A DNA stretch of 49,100 bases. Origin: Octopus bimaculoides (taxonomy: Eukaryota). Position 1 is the stretch's first letter. Each line of letters starts with the position of its first letter. Made by a program: the position numbers and the translations under genes. The notes below the pieces were generated by a model, which made no database searches, was not told the origin of the DNA, and was given only the letters and a program-made list of their open reading frames with translations. Shown one piece after another: positions 23,350-34,235 of the stretch. The stretch lies in the NCBI RefSeq assembly GCF_001194135.2, contig NC_068991.1:35515431-35564530 (forward strand), written 5' to 3'.

Positions 23350-24100
23350 CACTCATTTAACTAGGAATTTTAAAATACCCTCTTAGTAAAGTTTGACTTG
23401 AGAACAAATCTCTCCTTTTGTGCAGGCAGTACACTGAGGTGCAAAAAGCTGCAGTAGATAATGTAAAAACAAACAAGGCATGAGAGGACTTTGGGTTAAG
23501 CTGAACTCTGACTTTAGATTGATCAATAAAGTATTCTGGCAGGCCATCCACTAACTTCATAACAAGAAGCACTCTCACACCAGCCATTAAGAACTGAGTA
23601 TCGTTGGTGAGTAGACAAAATACTTTGCTGATCTTTAGATCTAGTCACGATAAAATCTTTTAGTGGACACGAGGTGCATCTAGAGGTGAAGGCTAATTTC
23701 ACATAGCCTGAAGTCACAGAGACAATTAAAGCACGTAAATGTGGCAAAGCTGCTGGAGAAGATGAAATTTAGCCTGAGATGTTAAAAGCCTTAAAGCTAT
23801 TTTCTGGCTTATTCACGTATATCAGATGACTTGAACATCTGGAAAGACACCAAAGCAATGGGAGTCTGGGGCGGTAATTCCAATTTTTAATCAGGGAGAT
23901 GAGAGAGTGCTCTAATTGTTGAGGATTCGCTTTGTTGAGTTTCCCTGATAAAATCTATGCTAGGTATCTGGAAAAGAGATGTAGGGAGATTGTTGAGCCC
24001 AAGCTAGCTGAAGTACAGTGTGGCTTCTATCCTGGATGAGCACAACTGATGTTAAGATATTCACTTTACAGCAAGTCTTTGAAAAATTATGAGAATATTC
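23350..24100 (+). mobile_element. RTE LINE ORF2 fragment (linker and RT N-terminus)
   Basis: EVTETIKARKCGKAAGEDEI.PEMLKAL, SGKTPKQW..VIPIF, KIYARYLEKRCREIVEPKLAEVQCGF, IFTLQQVFEK. Confidence 0.75.
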
Positions 24101-24312
24101 TTTTCTACTCTAGGCACAAGGCCCAAAATTTTGGCGTAGGGGCTAGTTGATTAGATCGACCCCAGTATGCAACTAGTACTTAATTTGTCGACCCCAAAAA
24201 GATGAAAGGTCAAGTTGACCTCGGTGGAGTTTGAATTCAGAACGTAAAGATGGACGAAATGCCACTAAGCGTTTCACCTGGCGTGCTTAAGTTTCTGCTA
24301 GCTCGCTGCCTT
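24101..24312 (-). mobile_element. tRNA-derived SINE, near full length (family of 6226/8209)
   Basis: Reverse complement starts AAGGCAGCGAGCTAGCAGAAAC and carries TACGTTCTGAATTCAAA and GAGGTCAACTTGACCTTTCATC. Confidence 0.85.
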
Positions 24313-24939
24313 AAAACACTGAGAATATTGCCAAGAGAAATACACTGCTGGGGCTCAGCTGCTCTGCATTGACAAGGGGCAATACCCTGAAACTAGTCTA
24401 GTCTGCAGATGCCAANNNNNNNNNNNNNNNNNNNNNNNNNNNNNNNNNNNNNNNNNNNNNNNNNNNNNNNNNNNNNNNNNNNNNNNNNNNNNNNNNNNNN
24501 NNNNNNNNNNNNNNNNNNNNNNNNNNNNNNNNNNNNNNNNNNNNNNNNNNNNNNNNNNNNNNNNNNNNNNNNNNNNNNNNNNNNNNNNNNNNNNNNNNNN
24601 NNNNNNNNNNNNNNNNNNNNNNNNNNNNNNNNNNNNNNNNNNNNNNNNNNNNNNNNNNNNNNNNNNNNNNNNNNNNNNNNNNNNNNNNNNNNNNNNNNNN
24701 NNNNNNNNNNNNNNNNNNNNNNNNNNNNNNNNNNNNNNNNNNNNNNNNNNNNNNNNNNNNNNNNNNNNNNNNNNNNNNNNNNNNNNNNNNNNNNNNNNNN
24801 NNNNNNNNNNNNNNNNNNNNNNNNNNNNNNNNNNNNNNNNNNNNNNNNNNNNNNNNNNNNNNNNNNNNNNNNNNNNNNNNNNNNNNNNNNNNNNNNNNNN
24901 NNNNNNNNNNNNNNNNNNNNATATGTATGTATGTGTTTG

Positions 24940-25147
24940 TATGTCTGTGTTTGTCCCCCCAACATCGCTTGACAACCGATGCTGGTGTGTTTATGTCCCC
25001 GTAACTTAGCGGTTCGGCAAAAGAGACCAATAGAATAAGTACTAGGCTTCCAAAGAATAAGTCATGCGGTCGATTTTCTCGACTAAAGGCGGTGCTCCAG
25101 CATGGCCACAGTCAAAAGACTGAAACAAGTAAAAGAGTAAAAGAGAG
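24940..25147 (+). mobile_element. SINE 3' portion
   Basis: Related to reverse-strand copies at 15785 and 16718. Tail GGCGGTGCTCCAGCATGGCCACAG..TAAAAGAG. Confidence 0.8.
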
Positions 25148-25162
25148 AATAGGTGTATACAC

Positions 25163-25203
<41 letters not shown>

Positions 25204-25535
25204 CACACATATATATATGTGTGTGTGTATTCATATACGTATATGTGTGTGTTTAACTTATATGTGTATTCAAAGTCATTTTATATTGAATGACTCACAA
25301 CAGGTATTCATTAGATCTGATACTGTTTCGCTCTTTTTATTCCATTTATTTGTATCTTTCTTCCCTCCTCCTCTTTGCAATGCTTTATCGCGTTTTTGTT
25401 GTCTTATCACTCTCTTCCATATACAAATATACATAGATATACACTCATACATATTCACTTAGCTCCCACGCACTATCTTTCTCGCCCCCCCCCACATATA
25501 CACATAAATATATACGTAATACTCACACCAACATG

Positions 25536-25537
<2 letters not shown>

Positions 25538-25580
<43 letters not shown>
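25538..25580. repeat. (CT)n microsatellite
   Basis: Read directly. Confidence 0.95.
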
Positions 25581-25582
<2 letters not shown>

Positions 25583-25759
25583 GTTTTCCTTTTATCTTTC
25601 ATTAGTTACAGTAAAACTATAGAATAAAAAAAAAATCTGACGTCAGCTTGAACAGAAGACAGACTCAAGTATTCGCTGACATTTTGATGGAGTTCATGCC
25701 AAAGAAAATTTATAATTTCAGCAAGAACTATAGCAAAAACAAAAGTATCTTGACCATCA

Positions 25760-25872
25760 ATGTCATCGTCATCATCATCGTTGTGGTGGTAATGGTGGTG
25801 GTGGTGATAATGGTGGTGGTCGTCGTCCTCGTCCTGCTGCTCGTCCCCCTCCTCCTCCTCCTCGCCATCGAT
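25760..25872. repeat. Compound trinucleotide tract (CAT/GGT/CGT/CCT)
   Basis: Read directly. Confidence 0.85.
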
Positions 25873-27477
25873 AACAAGAGTAAAATAATCTCAATAATGA
25901 CATTGCAAAGGGTTTTTATTTTTCATGTTTATTTTCTGCTCTGCCATGTATTTCACCGAATACAGTGTATCTCCTGTTATAAACTGAATAACTCAATACG
26001 AATGTATAATAATTCTTACAAAATCTAATTGTACGCAATGAAACCAGTAGAATGTTGACGAAATAATTAAAAAACAAAACAAAACAAAATAACGTCATTT
26101 TCGAATAAATGGAATCCCGCTGTCATACGATTGTTTTCTAATCAATGTCATATAATAGTTTGATACGCCATTTTTATTTCCCTGTCCTGTTTTCCTTCCC
26201 TTTTATTTTTTTTCCATAGGTGCTCAATGTTTAATGTATAGAATTAAGACGATGGATGGTCGAGAAATAATACAAAACAAAAACAATAAATATATAGAAT
26301 GACAACAAAAACAAAAAGAAATAATTTCGTAAATAAGCAAACAATAAATCAATTGATTAGATTAAGGGTTAAGTTAACTGTTTCACTAAGTTAATTTAAT
26401 CTAATCACCTGGAATGGTAACCATGTTTTTCAAAAAGATAAAAAAAGAGGGAATGGAAAATGACGTTTTTAACCGTTGTTCATGAAACCAGTTCCAAGCT
26501 TAGGAATGAGTTTTAAAAAATTGGAAAGTGACTATGGCTTCCACCAAGAAGCCAGTTTATAGTGGTGACACACGTGGAGGTGTCCTTCCTAAACATCTCT
26601 TAGTATATAGTGTCCACATCAGCAACTTGGCCTCTTTGTCTTTTGAGAGTAAATTTAGTGTCTGTAGTTTAGCCGAACGTTTCTAGATCATATAGACTTA
26701 TGATCCAGCCATGATTATTCCGTATTATTTCTGGGCACAATATGACGTTGATTATTTTATCAAATGTGTCCTTTTTTTTAAAAGACAGTTGAATATGATT
26801 TGAGGGAGATTTGTTGTTTTGTATTGTATCACGAATCTTGTTATACAAGATTATTGTTTAACCTTATTGGTTATAAGTTCTCGACAGTCCAATGCGTTTC
26901 CTGTTCTTAGTATGATGAAGGAGTCACTACGCAGTACAAGCGAAATAAATACTTCAAGGAATGTTTTGAACGCAACGGTCTATCGACCTAATCGTCAATA
27001 TATACCAGTCAGTCCCCCTCACGCTTTAGGCTAAGGAAGGGAGTTTATTACGTCTTTTATAAGTTGTGAAGAAGCCGGATCGTCTAGACAAACTACTACT
27101 TTGCTAGCCTAATTTATGAATGCTTTATATATATATATTTATAAGCAGATGAATGTTCTATGCTATTAATTAGAAAAAAAGCTGGATACACCTTCTTTGA
27201 GGCGCAGTCAAGAAACTGTGAAACTATCCGTCAGGAGACCCCACTACTCTTTTCTCCGCACACTTAGCTCATGAAAAGATTATGTTTATATTATCATTTT
27301 ACTCACAGCAAGGTTCTGTAATATTTTAACACATTTTATTTTCATCATGTATTGTGCCCAGAGCCGCAAAAGCAAGCACAAAAATACAAACTAGACTGTT
27401 CACTACTAGCCTATTTTATGGGTTCTTTATACAACTTCCTATAAAATCTAAATGTCCTATGCTACTGATTGACAATG

Positions 27478-27650
27478 TCCTGGTTAAGACTGTAAACTGC
27501 ATCCAGGGGTGAGGACTTTGGTACAAGAGTTCTAGGGTTTTGAGGAATGTGGAACAATCTCTTAGTTATTATTGTTCTCAGGCCTACCCTGACCCGGAGC
27601 AGTAGCACATGTTAGGATCCCAGTCATGGGTTAACTAGCATGTATACTTT
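27478..27650 (+). repeat. Diverged interspersed repeat (..CTGACCCGGAGCAGTAGCAC..TTAGGATCCC..ATGGG..)
   Basis: Resembles an abundant octopus repeat from memory only; single copy in this window. Confidence 0.35.
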
Positions 27651-27659
27651 TGAGTAGAT

Positions 27660-29460
27660 AGAGCTCGTCAGCTTAAAAAGCAGTCCGTCTAGGAGAAGGA
27701 AACTCCAGTATAAAACCATCGTTACCTTGCGAGATAGTGTGAACAAGACGGATATCGATTATATCTGACACACCCGACAGCCCGCTGCAACTACCCTAAC
27801 CAGATCCAGCATGTCACCAATCCCGATGGTGCCGCTGGTGAAGGCGAGTGGCCAACTGCATGGGCCTTCTCATCGAAACACATGGTCCACTCTAAACAAA
27901 ATCACGCGAAGGTCATCTGCGGCTTAAACAACAAGCCTTTCCACTCTCTCCCCTAAGTCCAGTAGCGATGGTCAACAGGCAACGGAAGCAGGCTTGGTCA
28001 GCTGGAAACCCCTAGTCCGGAGTCATATGCTGGCGGCTCTTACGTGAAGGTCATCCTATCCACAAGGTGTGGTGCTGTGGCTGTTCGGCAGATGTAGGAT
28101 GTGACTGGGCTGGTTTATTCAGGATGACCGCAACCCACCCTGCACGGTGAAGCCCCTAAAAAGGGTGGTGTAAACATTGTACACCGCTCTTTTTCCCTGA
28201 TTGGCTTACCGCCGCCGTTGGTGAACCACTAAAGCAGTAGCAAGAACAAGAAAAAGAAAACTTACCGTATTGTGGCGACTTGGAATGTGTGCACATTCCT
28301 GGACCAGGATGACACGGACAGATCCCACTGGCGCACTGCTCTAGTGAGCAGGGAGCTGAATCGCTACAATGTGGACTTCGCAGCCCAATCCGAAACAAGA
28401 CACGCTGGTTAGGGCAGTCTTTGTGAAGAAGGAGCGAATTACACCTTTTTCTGGAAAGGCCAAGATCTTACTGAGCATCGAATCCACGGTGTTGTCTTCG
28501 CGGTGAAGACTTCCATAGTAAACAGATACAATATAGCTCTAGTTTCTATCACTGAACACCTCATGTCCCTCCACCTTCCCCTTTCCAATAACAATCGTCT
28601 TACGTTGATTCTGGCGATGAGATCAAGGATTCCTTGTACTCTTTCTACTCCGATCTCAACAAAATCATACAGATCATGCCAAGAAGAGACAAACTTCTCG
28701 TGTTGGGGAATTTTCACGCTAGGGTCGGACGAGCTAATGGTCTCTGGACGAGAATTCTGGGAAAACAAGGTGTTGGAAACTACAACTCGAACGGACTGGC
28801 TTCTTCTTGATTTACGCGCTGAAGTGATCTGGTGATTACTAACACCCTCTTCCGTCTTCCCAACTGGCACAAGACCGCATGGAGGCATCCAGTATCAAAG
28901 CATCGGCACATCCTGGACTAGGTCCTCACCACATCCTATGACAGGAGCGACCTACTCGTGACCCGAAGCCTCTCCGGCGCAGATGACCGTTGGACGGATC
29001 ATCGACCAATCGTTTCCTAACTCAGGCTCCAGCTGCGAAACCTTCCCTACCACAATAAATCTGCAAAGAGATCACAGCGTTTTGATGTTTCTAAATCAAA
29101 GACCTACACAGTCGAGCTGGATTACTCGTTTTACCTCATGGAACTTCTACAGGTGGTACCCCCATCACTACAAATGGACAGTGAGGAAGTATATTGGTCC
29201 ATCTTACGCAAAACTATCTCTTAAGCTGCTGATGAAATAATTGGCTATTACAAAAACGCTCATCAAGACTGGTTTGACCAAAATGATGACCAGATTACCA
29301 AACTGATCAACAAAAGGGATCATCTCGTCTGGTGTAGGAGAATTTCCCAATGGACACTCACTTACGACACTTCCGGGAAGCCAAGCCACTATTAGCATGA
29401 ACGGCCACCTCAGGCAGCAGAACCTTTCACACCCATCAAGACGGAGAGGCTCAATCACTT
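27660..29460 (+). mobile_element. RTE-BovB-like LINE 5' half (5'UTR + AP endonuclease + start of linker), decayed
   Basis: TWNVCTFLDQDDTDRSHWRTALVSRELNRYNVDFAAQSETR..GSLCEEGANYTFFWKG..RIHGVVFAVK, LLVLGNFHARVG, VITNTLFRLP..KTAWRHP.SKHRHILD, WTDHRP. Confidence 0.85.
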
Positions 29461-29713
29461 GCTGATGACGACGATTGATTGACGAAAGAAAGCAAGTAGT
29501 CTTCTATGAGGAACGGTTAACAAACCGTGAAACTGTCCATTAGGAGACTTCCCTATCAAAAACAGGAAGAATCTGTTTTCTTATTTTATCTGTGCTATGA
29601 TAATGGGTTACTTAACTATCTGTTTTGAGTCATTCTCGCCAATAATTCTTGCTAATAATTATGGTGTGCTTCATTCTGTTAAACACGATCTTTTATGGAT
29701 CTCCTGTAATTAA

Positions 29714-29787
<74 letters not shown>

Positions 29788-29793
29788 TATTTG

Positions 29794-29846
<53 letters not shown>
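29714..29846. repeat. (TATC)n followed by (TG)n
   Basis: Read directly. Confidence 0.95.
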
Positions 29847-29852
<6 letters not shown>

Positions 29853-31299
29853 GTATACAATATGATGCAGCACATCATGCACATTATAATCTACAGTTAA
29901 TGTGGAATATAAAGTTACAGTACAACATTATGTGTTGTTCTTGTACTGTATAATGCAGTATACGATATTTTGTATATTTTAACGAATATTGTACAGTATA
30001 ATGTATTATCTTGCGTACAATATATTACAAATTAGAATGAAAAAATTGATCAGCCTAAACTGGGGTATAATATATTGTATATTTTACCTATTGATATAGA
30101 TTGCAATATCGTTTATTATGTGTAATGTACAGTATGAAGTAGAATATAATTATAATTATATATATATAAGCAATTATGCAGATAAGCAAATTAGATATAT
30201 TAAATATAACAGTTTGTATATGAAATACAAAATATATCTGTATGTATACATGCAAAATGAGAGAAAGCAAAAAATGGAGACTTTCAGACGATGAATATTT
30301 AAGTATAAATATATTGATATTTACTTTAATAAATCCAACTTACACAGAGTACAAATGACAGAGAAAATCGAAGGGGTGGAGGAAAGGTGTTGTAAGTCCA
30401 ACCGCTGTTTCTGGGCGCTCGGAAATCCATCATAATGTTGGCAGATGTAGTTCATCACAATATGCGGTCGTAATGGAAGCAAACAATACTGAATAAGACA
30501 AGCCTCTATCATCAGGGTAAAAAAGATCTTATATTTCAGATCTTAATGCAGAGAAATTCAAAGATGGCATGATTAAATGTAGAGAGCTAGCTGTATTAGA
30601 GAGGGTGCTGAGGTATTAAGATAGGGAATGGTGAGAGGAGAAAAGAGAGCTAGTTCAGGAAGAGGGAAGGGGTCAATAATGTGGATATTAAGGAGGTGGT
30701 AGTAGAGATGGAGAGTTGGAAAATGAATGGAATGGGTAGGATAGATAGTAATTGAAGGGTGGTCAGTTGTTGAATTTGTGTATAGGTATTAAAGTTTAGG
30801 GATAATAGCTCGGGAGTAATTGGAAGTTGAGATAGTGAGAAAAGGAATGGCAATTATTTCATAGGAGGAAAAGTGTATAATTCAGTGGCAGAGAGAGAGA
30901 TTACTGAGGTATGTAGAAAGGTATGAGAGTAGAGAGAGATGGACAGTGTGTGTGTGTGTGTGTGTGCTCAAGATAGCAGTTGTTAGTACAATAATGAATG
31001 TGTGTTGGTAATGGAGGGTGAGTACTGAGGTATGCAGATGTGTATGAAATTGAATAGAGGGAGGTGAATAGAGAGGGGGAGCACTTGATAGGTTAGTATT
31101 TAATTAACTGGAGTAGTTTCAAGTGTTTTTGGTTGAGAAGGAGAAATGAGAGAACAGGAAAAGAGTATCACTTGTGAGGATGAGAAGGCTGTGAGGGAGG
31201 TGGGATGGGTAAGAGGAATTTGCAAAGGTAATCATGAGAAGGAATAATTTAGTAGGAATGATGATGTTAGTGGAAGGGGTAAGTCGCTAGGCCAACCTA

Positions 31300-33350
31300 T
31301 TTGTACCTCAAGGTTAGTTATAATTAAGGATAATTATAGTTATGGGATTACATAGATTTAATAAAATGTGCAAATGATGAGTAGGACCTGTGTTTGCAAA
31401 AGAGTATTACATCTGTGAATCTATTAAGTAATGAGGGGTTGTGGTTCCGAAGGATGGTTAGTGATTCCCCTAAACCTAATTTGCAAATACCGATGCTTGC
31501 ATTATATGGGAAGCCTCACATACGATGAATCAGGATAGGGTATAGGGGAACATTTGGGGGTTTTGAGATTGTGTATATAAGTTGCTAAGGAGGTAGATAA
31601 TTTAGAATTTGGATTGAAGAAAGAGTTCATGTGTGCACGGTAGCAGTGATATCAACAGTGCCACTGACATAGACTCTTGCTTGGTGGAAGCATGGTGTTA
31701 TAACACGACACTCGTAGACTACATTTTTGCGCAGGGTTGAGACACCCGATAATTGCAAGTTTTCTTACCTGCTATACGGCTGGAGTTTACCGCTGGAGAG
31801 GTCCAGTTCCTATGCAAAGGAAATGGAGGTATAACTAGTATCAGTATTGGATTGGGAGGGGCATCACCGCTAGTATATGTGGTCGTATGAGGAGTATAGT
31901 GGGAAGATGCCTAGAGCCTGTTATTGGTAAGTCGAGAATGATCACTAAGGGTTGTATTATTTCCACTAGGTGGGTTAAGGTGGGGCGCAGTGGGACAGAT
32001 TGTAGGCTGTAAGGACTAGCATTGTAGTTTGTGTCTATTAGAGGAGGCAATTATGGACCCCAAATTAGGTGTAGCAGAACAGGAGATTTTATACAGACGA
32101 TTTATTGAAGACAGGGTAATATTTATGCTATGGTGGGAAGTTAGAGTTTAGGAAAAGTTTGGGTAGAGATTTAACTTTGAGGGAGAAAGGTGATGCGAGT
32201 CATAAGCTCTCCCGCTTCCTGCCTTTAGAATGTTTAGAGCATGTAGTTATAATGGGTGGGTCTAGATAGGGAGGCTTGTAGCTATAAATTCGAGGTGGCC
32301 AATGGGACTGTTGAGTGCGATGCGTAGCAGGTTTTTTTTTGAGTGTTGATGAATTGTTTTTGAGTGTTGATGAATTGTTTTTGAGTGTTGATGAATTGTT
32401 TTTGAGTGGAAGAAAGATAAGTAGATTCGAGGTTAGTATTAGGAAAGAGATATGCAATTTTTGTTTTAAGCTTAGTGTTGGGGATATACGAGATCTTTTC
32501 ACGGAAACCACTTATCTGGAGAGCCTGATTATAATATGGCACATAATTGTTAAAAAATTCTTCATTAGCAGATAAGTTAGAGATTAGGATAGAAATGCCT
32601 GTGACTATACTATTAAGGGTAAAACTAGGGTAATTTGATAGGACGTTGATATACTGTAATGATTGATTGGGTTTATGTAAAGGGTGATATAAATTTATAT
32701 TTAAGTCCAGAGTAACGTCTAAGAGATTGGCCATTTTAGTGTCGTTTTCGGATGAGATACTTAGGATATAATAAAAAAAAATTATATAGAGCTTTCTTGG
32801 TGCGTTCAAAAGAAGGTCGAAATAATCTAGTTGCTGTAAGGTGCGCATCATCCCTGTAGAGCCCTCCGGAGAGGTTGGGGGAAGGCTTGTTTAATTTGAG
32901 AAAGAAGGAATAGGGCAACTATGTCAGTAACCTGGGCTGAGTTAGAAGAGCCCATGGTTATATCAAAGAAATCTATAGATAAGTCGTTATTATCTTTAAA
33001 TTGCATTAGTGTTTTCCTAGCAGCCAGAAGATGTCAATATCAGATTGACAGATAGATGCGTACTCTCAAGTGAAAATTTAGGTTTTATTTAAGAGAATTG
33101 GCGATATGGAAGAATAGTAATTAGAGATGTCAAACTGAAGGAAATGGGTGTGCTGCTTATCAGGAAGAGAGTAGAACCAGGCGATGACGTCACCAATACA
33201 ATTCCAAAGCGGAAGCATAACCTTAGTCCTAACTAGGGGTAGAATTCGGTCGATAAAGCATTTACTAATTCGACCCAAGCCTGATTTAGTGGCGCAGATC
33301 AGTCTAATAGAAAGATTAGTGAAGAAGTTGGGTTTGCGGTCTTTCAGAGT
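31300..33350 (-). mobile_element. Penelope-like element remnant (RT + GIY-YIG endonuclease)
   Basis: LKDRKPNF..IRLICATKSGLGRISK, FLQFDISNYYSSIS, GLYRDD (RT), LDVTLDLNINLYHPLHKPNQSLQYINVLSNYP, YYNQALQISGF, then NVVYECRV..VYVSGT..STSLATYIHNLK (GIY-YIG type). Many stops and frameshifts. Confidence 0.85.
32341..32408. repeat. 21-bp tandem repeat GAGTGTTGATGAATTGTTTTT x3.2 inside the PLE
   Basis: Three identical units read directly. Confidence 0.95.
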
Positions 33351-33529
33351 GAAGTGTGTGTGTGTGTGCGCGCGCGCGCAGGGGTGGGGGAGTTAGGTGT
33401 GTACACTTCAGTTCTATCTAATAAACCTAGATCTGCGATGATCTTACAGTGGATGCTATTAATGCCCTTAAGTGTGTTCGCACGTGTATGTTTATAGTTT
33501 ACGTTAAACTCCTTTTGATATATGGTTGT

Positions 33530-33737
33530 AAACTACAATGCCAGTCCTTAGAACCCCAAATCTGTGCCACTGCACCCCGTCTTAACCCACCTAATAGCAA
33601 TAATACAACCCTTAGTAATCCCTCTCGACTCAATAATAACAGACTCAAGGCATCTTCCCACAATACTGCCCATATGACCACATATACTACCTGTAATACC
33701 CCCTCCCAATCCAATACTGATACCGATTATACCTCCA
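33530..33737 (+). mobile_element. Inverted diverged copy of PLE segment 31824-32030
   Basis: Colinear with the reverse complement (AAACTACAATG..CTTAACCCACCTA..AATACAACCCTTAGT..GGCATCTTCCCAC..CCCAATCCAATACTGATAC..TTATACCTCCA). Confidence 0.85.
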
Positions 33738-33889
33738 GTTCTTCTTTACTGATATCGGATCATAGGAACTTGACCTCCCCAGCTGTAGAGCAGGTAAGAA
33801 AACTTATAATTGTCGGGTGTATATATAATGTAACATGAAGTATGGATTATCATACTGTATTGAATATAATTGAACGTATTGTAAAATGT

Positions 33890-34190
33890 ATTGCAACAGG
33901 TACTGCAATAAGAATTCTAGTAGGCATGAATTTCTAGTAAAGTGCAGTTTCAACGACATTATATGCTTGCTCTGGTAAGTAACCTCCTCCAGCGATTATT
34001 TTTTTCGGTTGCTCAGGATAATTAGTAGCAACCTTTGTATGAGTATTGGCAATTTCACTATCAAATTTTATGCTGTGCAAATTCAAACGCTTCTTAAACC
34101 TTTCAAAGCAGCCTTTATAATCCAAGATGTCGTGAAAGAAGCCATCAAAGCGTAATGCGAAAAGGAATCGTGAAAGGATTGCAATGGATA
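33890..34190 (-). mobile_element. pogo/Tigger-like transposase fragment
   Basis: KGCFERFKKRLNLHSIK..IIAGGGYLPEQAYNVVETALY matches the pogo motif GWF.RFKKR..GY.PEQVFN.DETGL. Confidence 0.75.
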
Positions 34191-34235
34191 TTAAACTTGT
34201 GTTAAAAGTAATCGTAAAAGGATTAACTTGTTGAG

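Noticed and set aside
29455-29500. CTGATGA..GAAA at 29463 as a hammerhead
   Set aside because: Stem II does not pair and there is no NUH site.
30480-30530. CTGATGA on the minus strand (30509-30515) downstream of the PLE as a hammerhead
   Set aside because: The position is plausible but there is no GAAA half-core and no stem I/III; at most a decayed remnant.
20541-32408. 24-bp and 21-bp repeats as CRISPR-like arrays
   Set aside because: They are head-to-tail repeats with no spacers, in a eukaryotic context with no cas genes.
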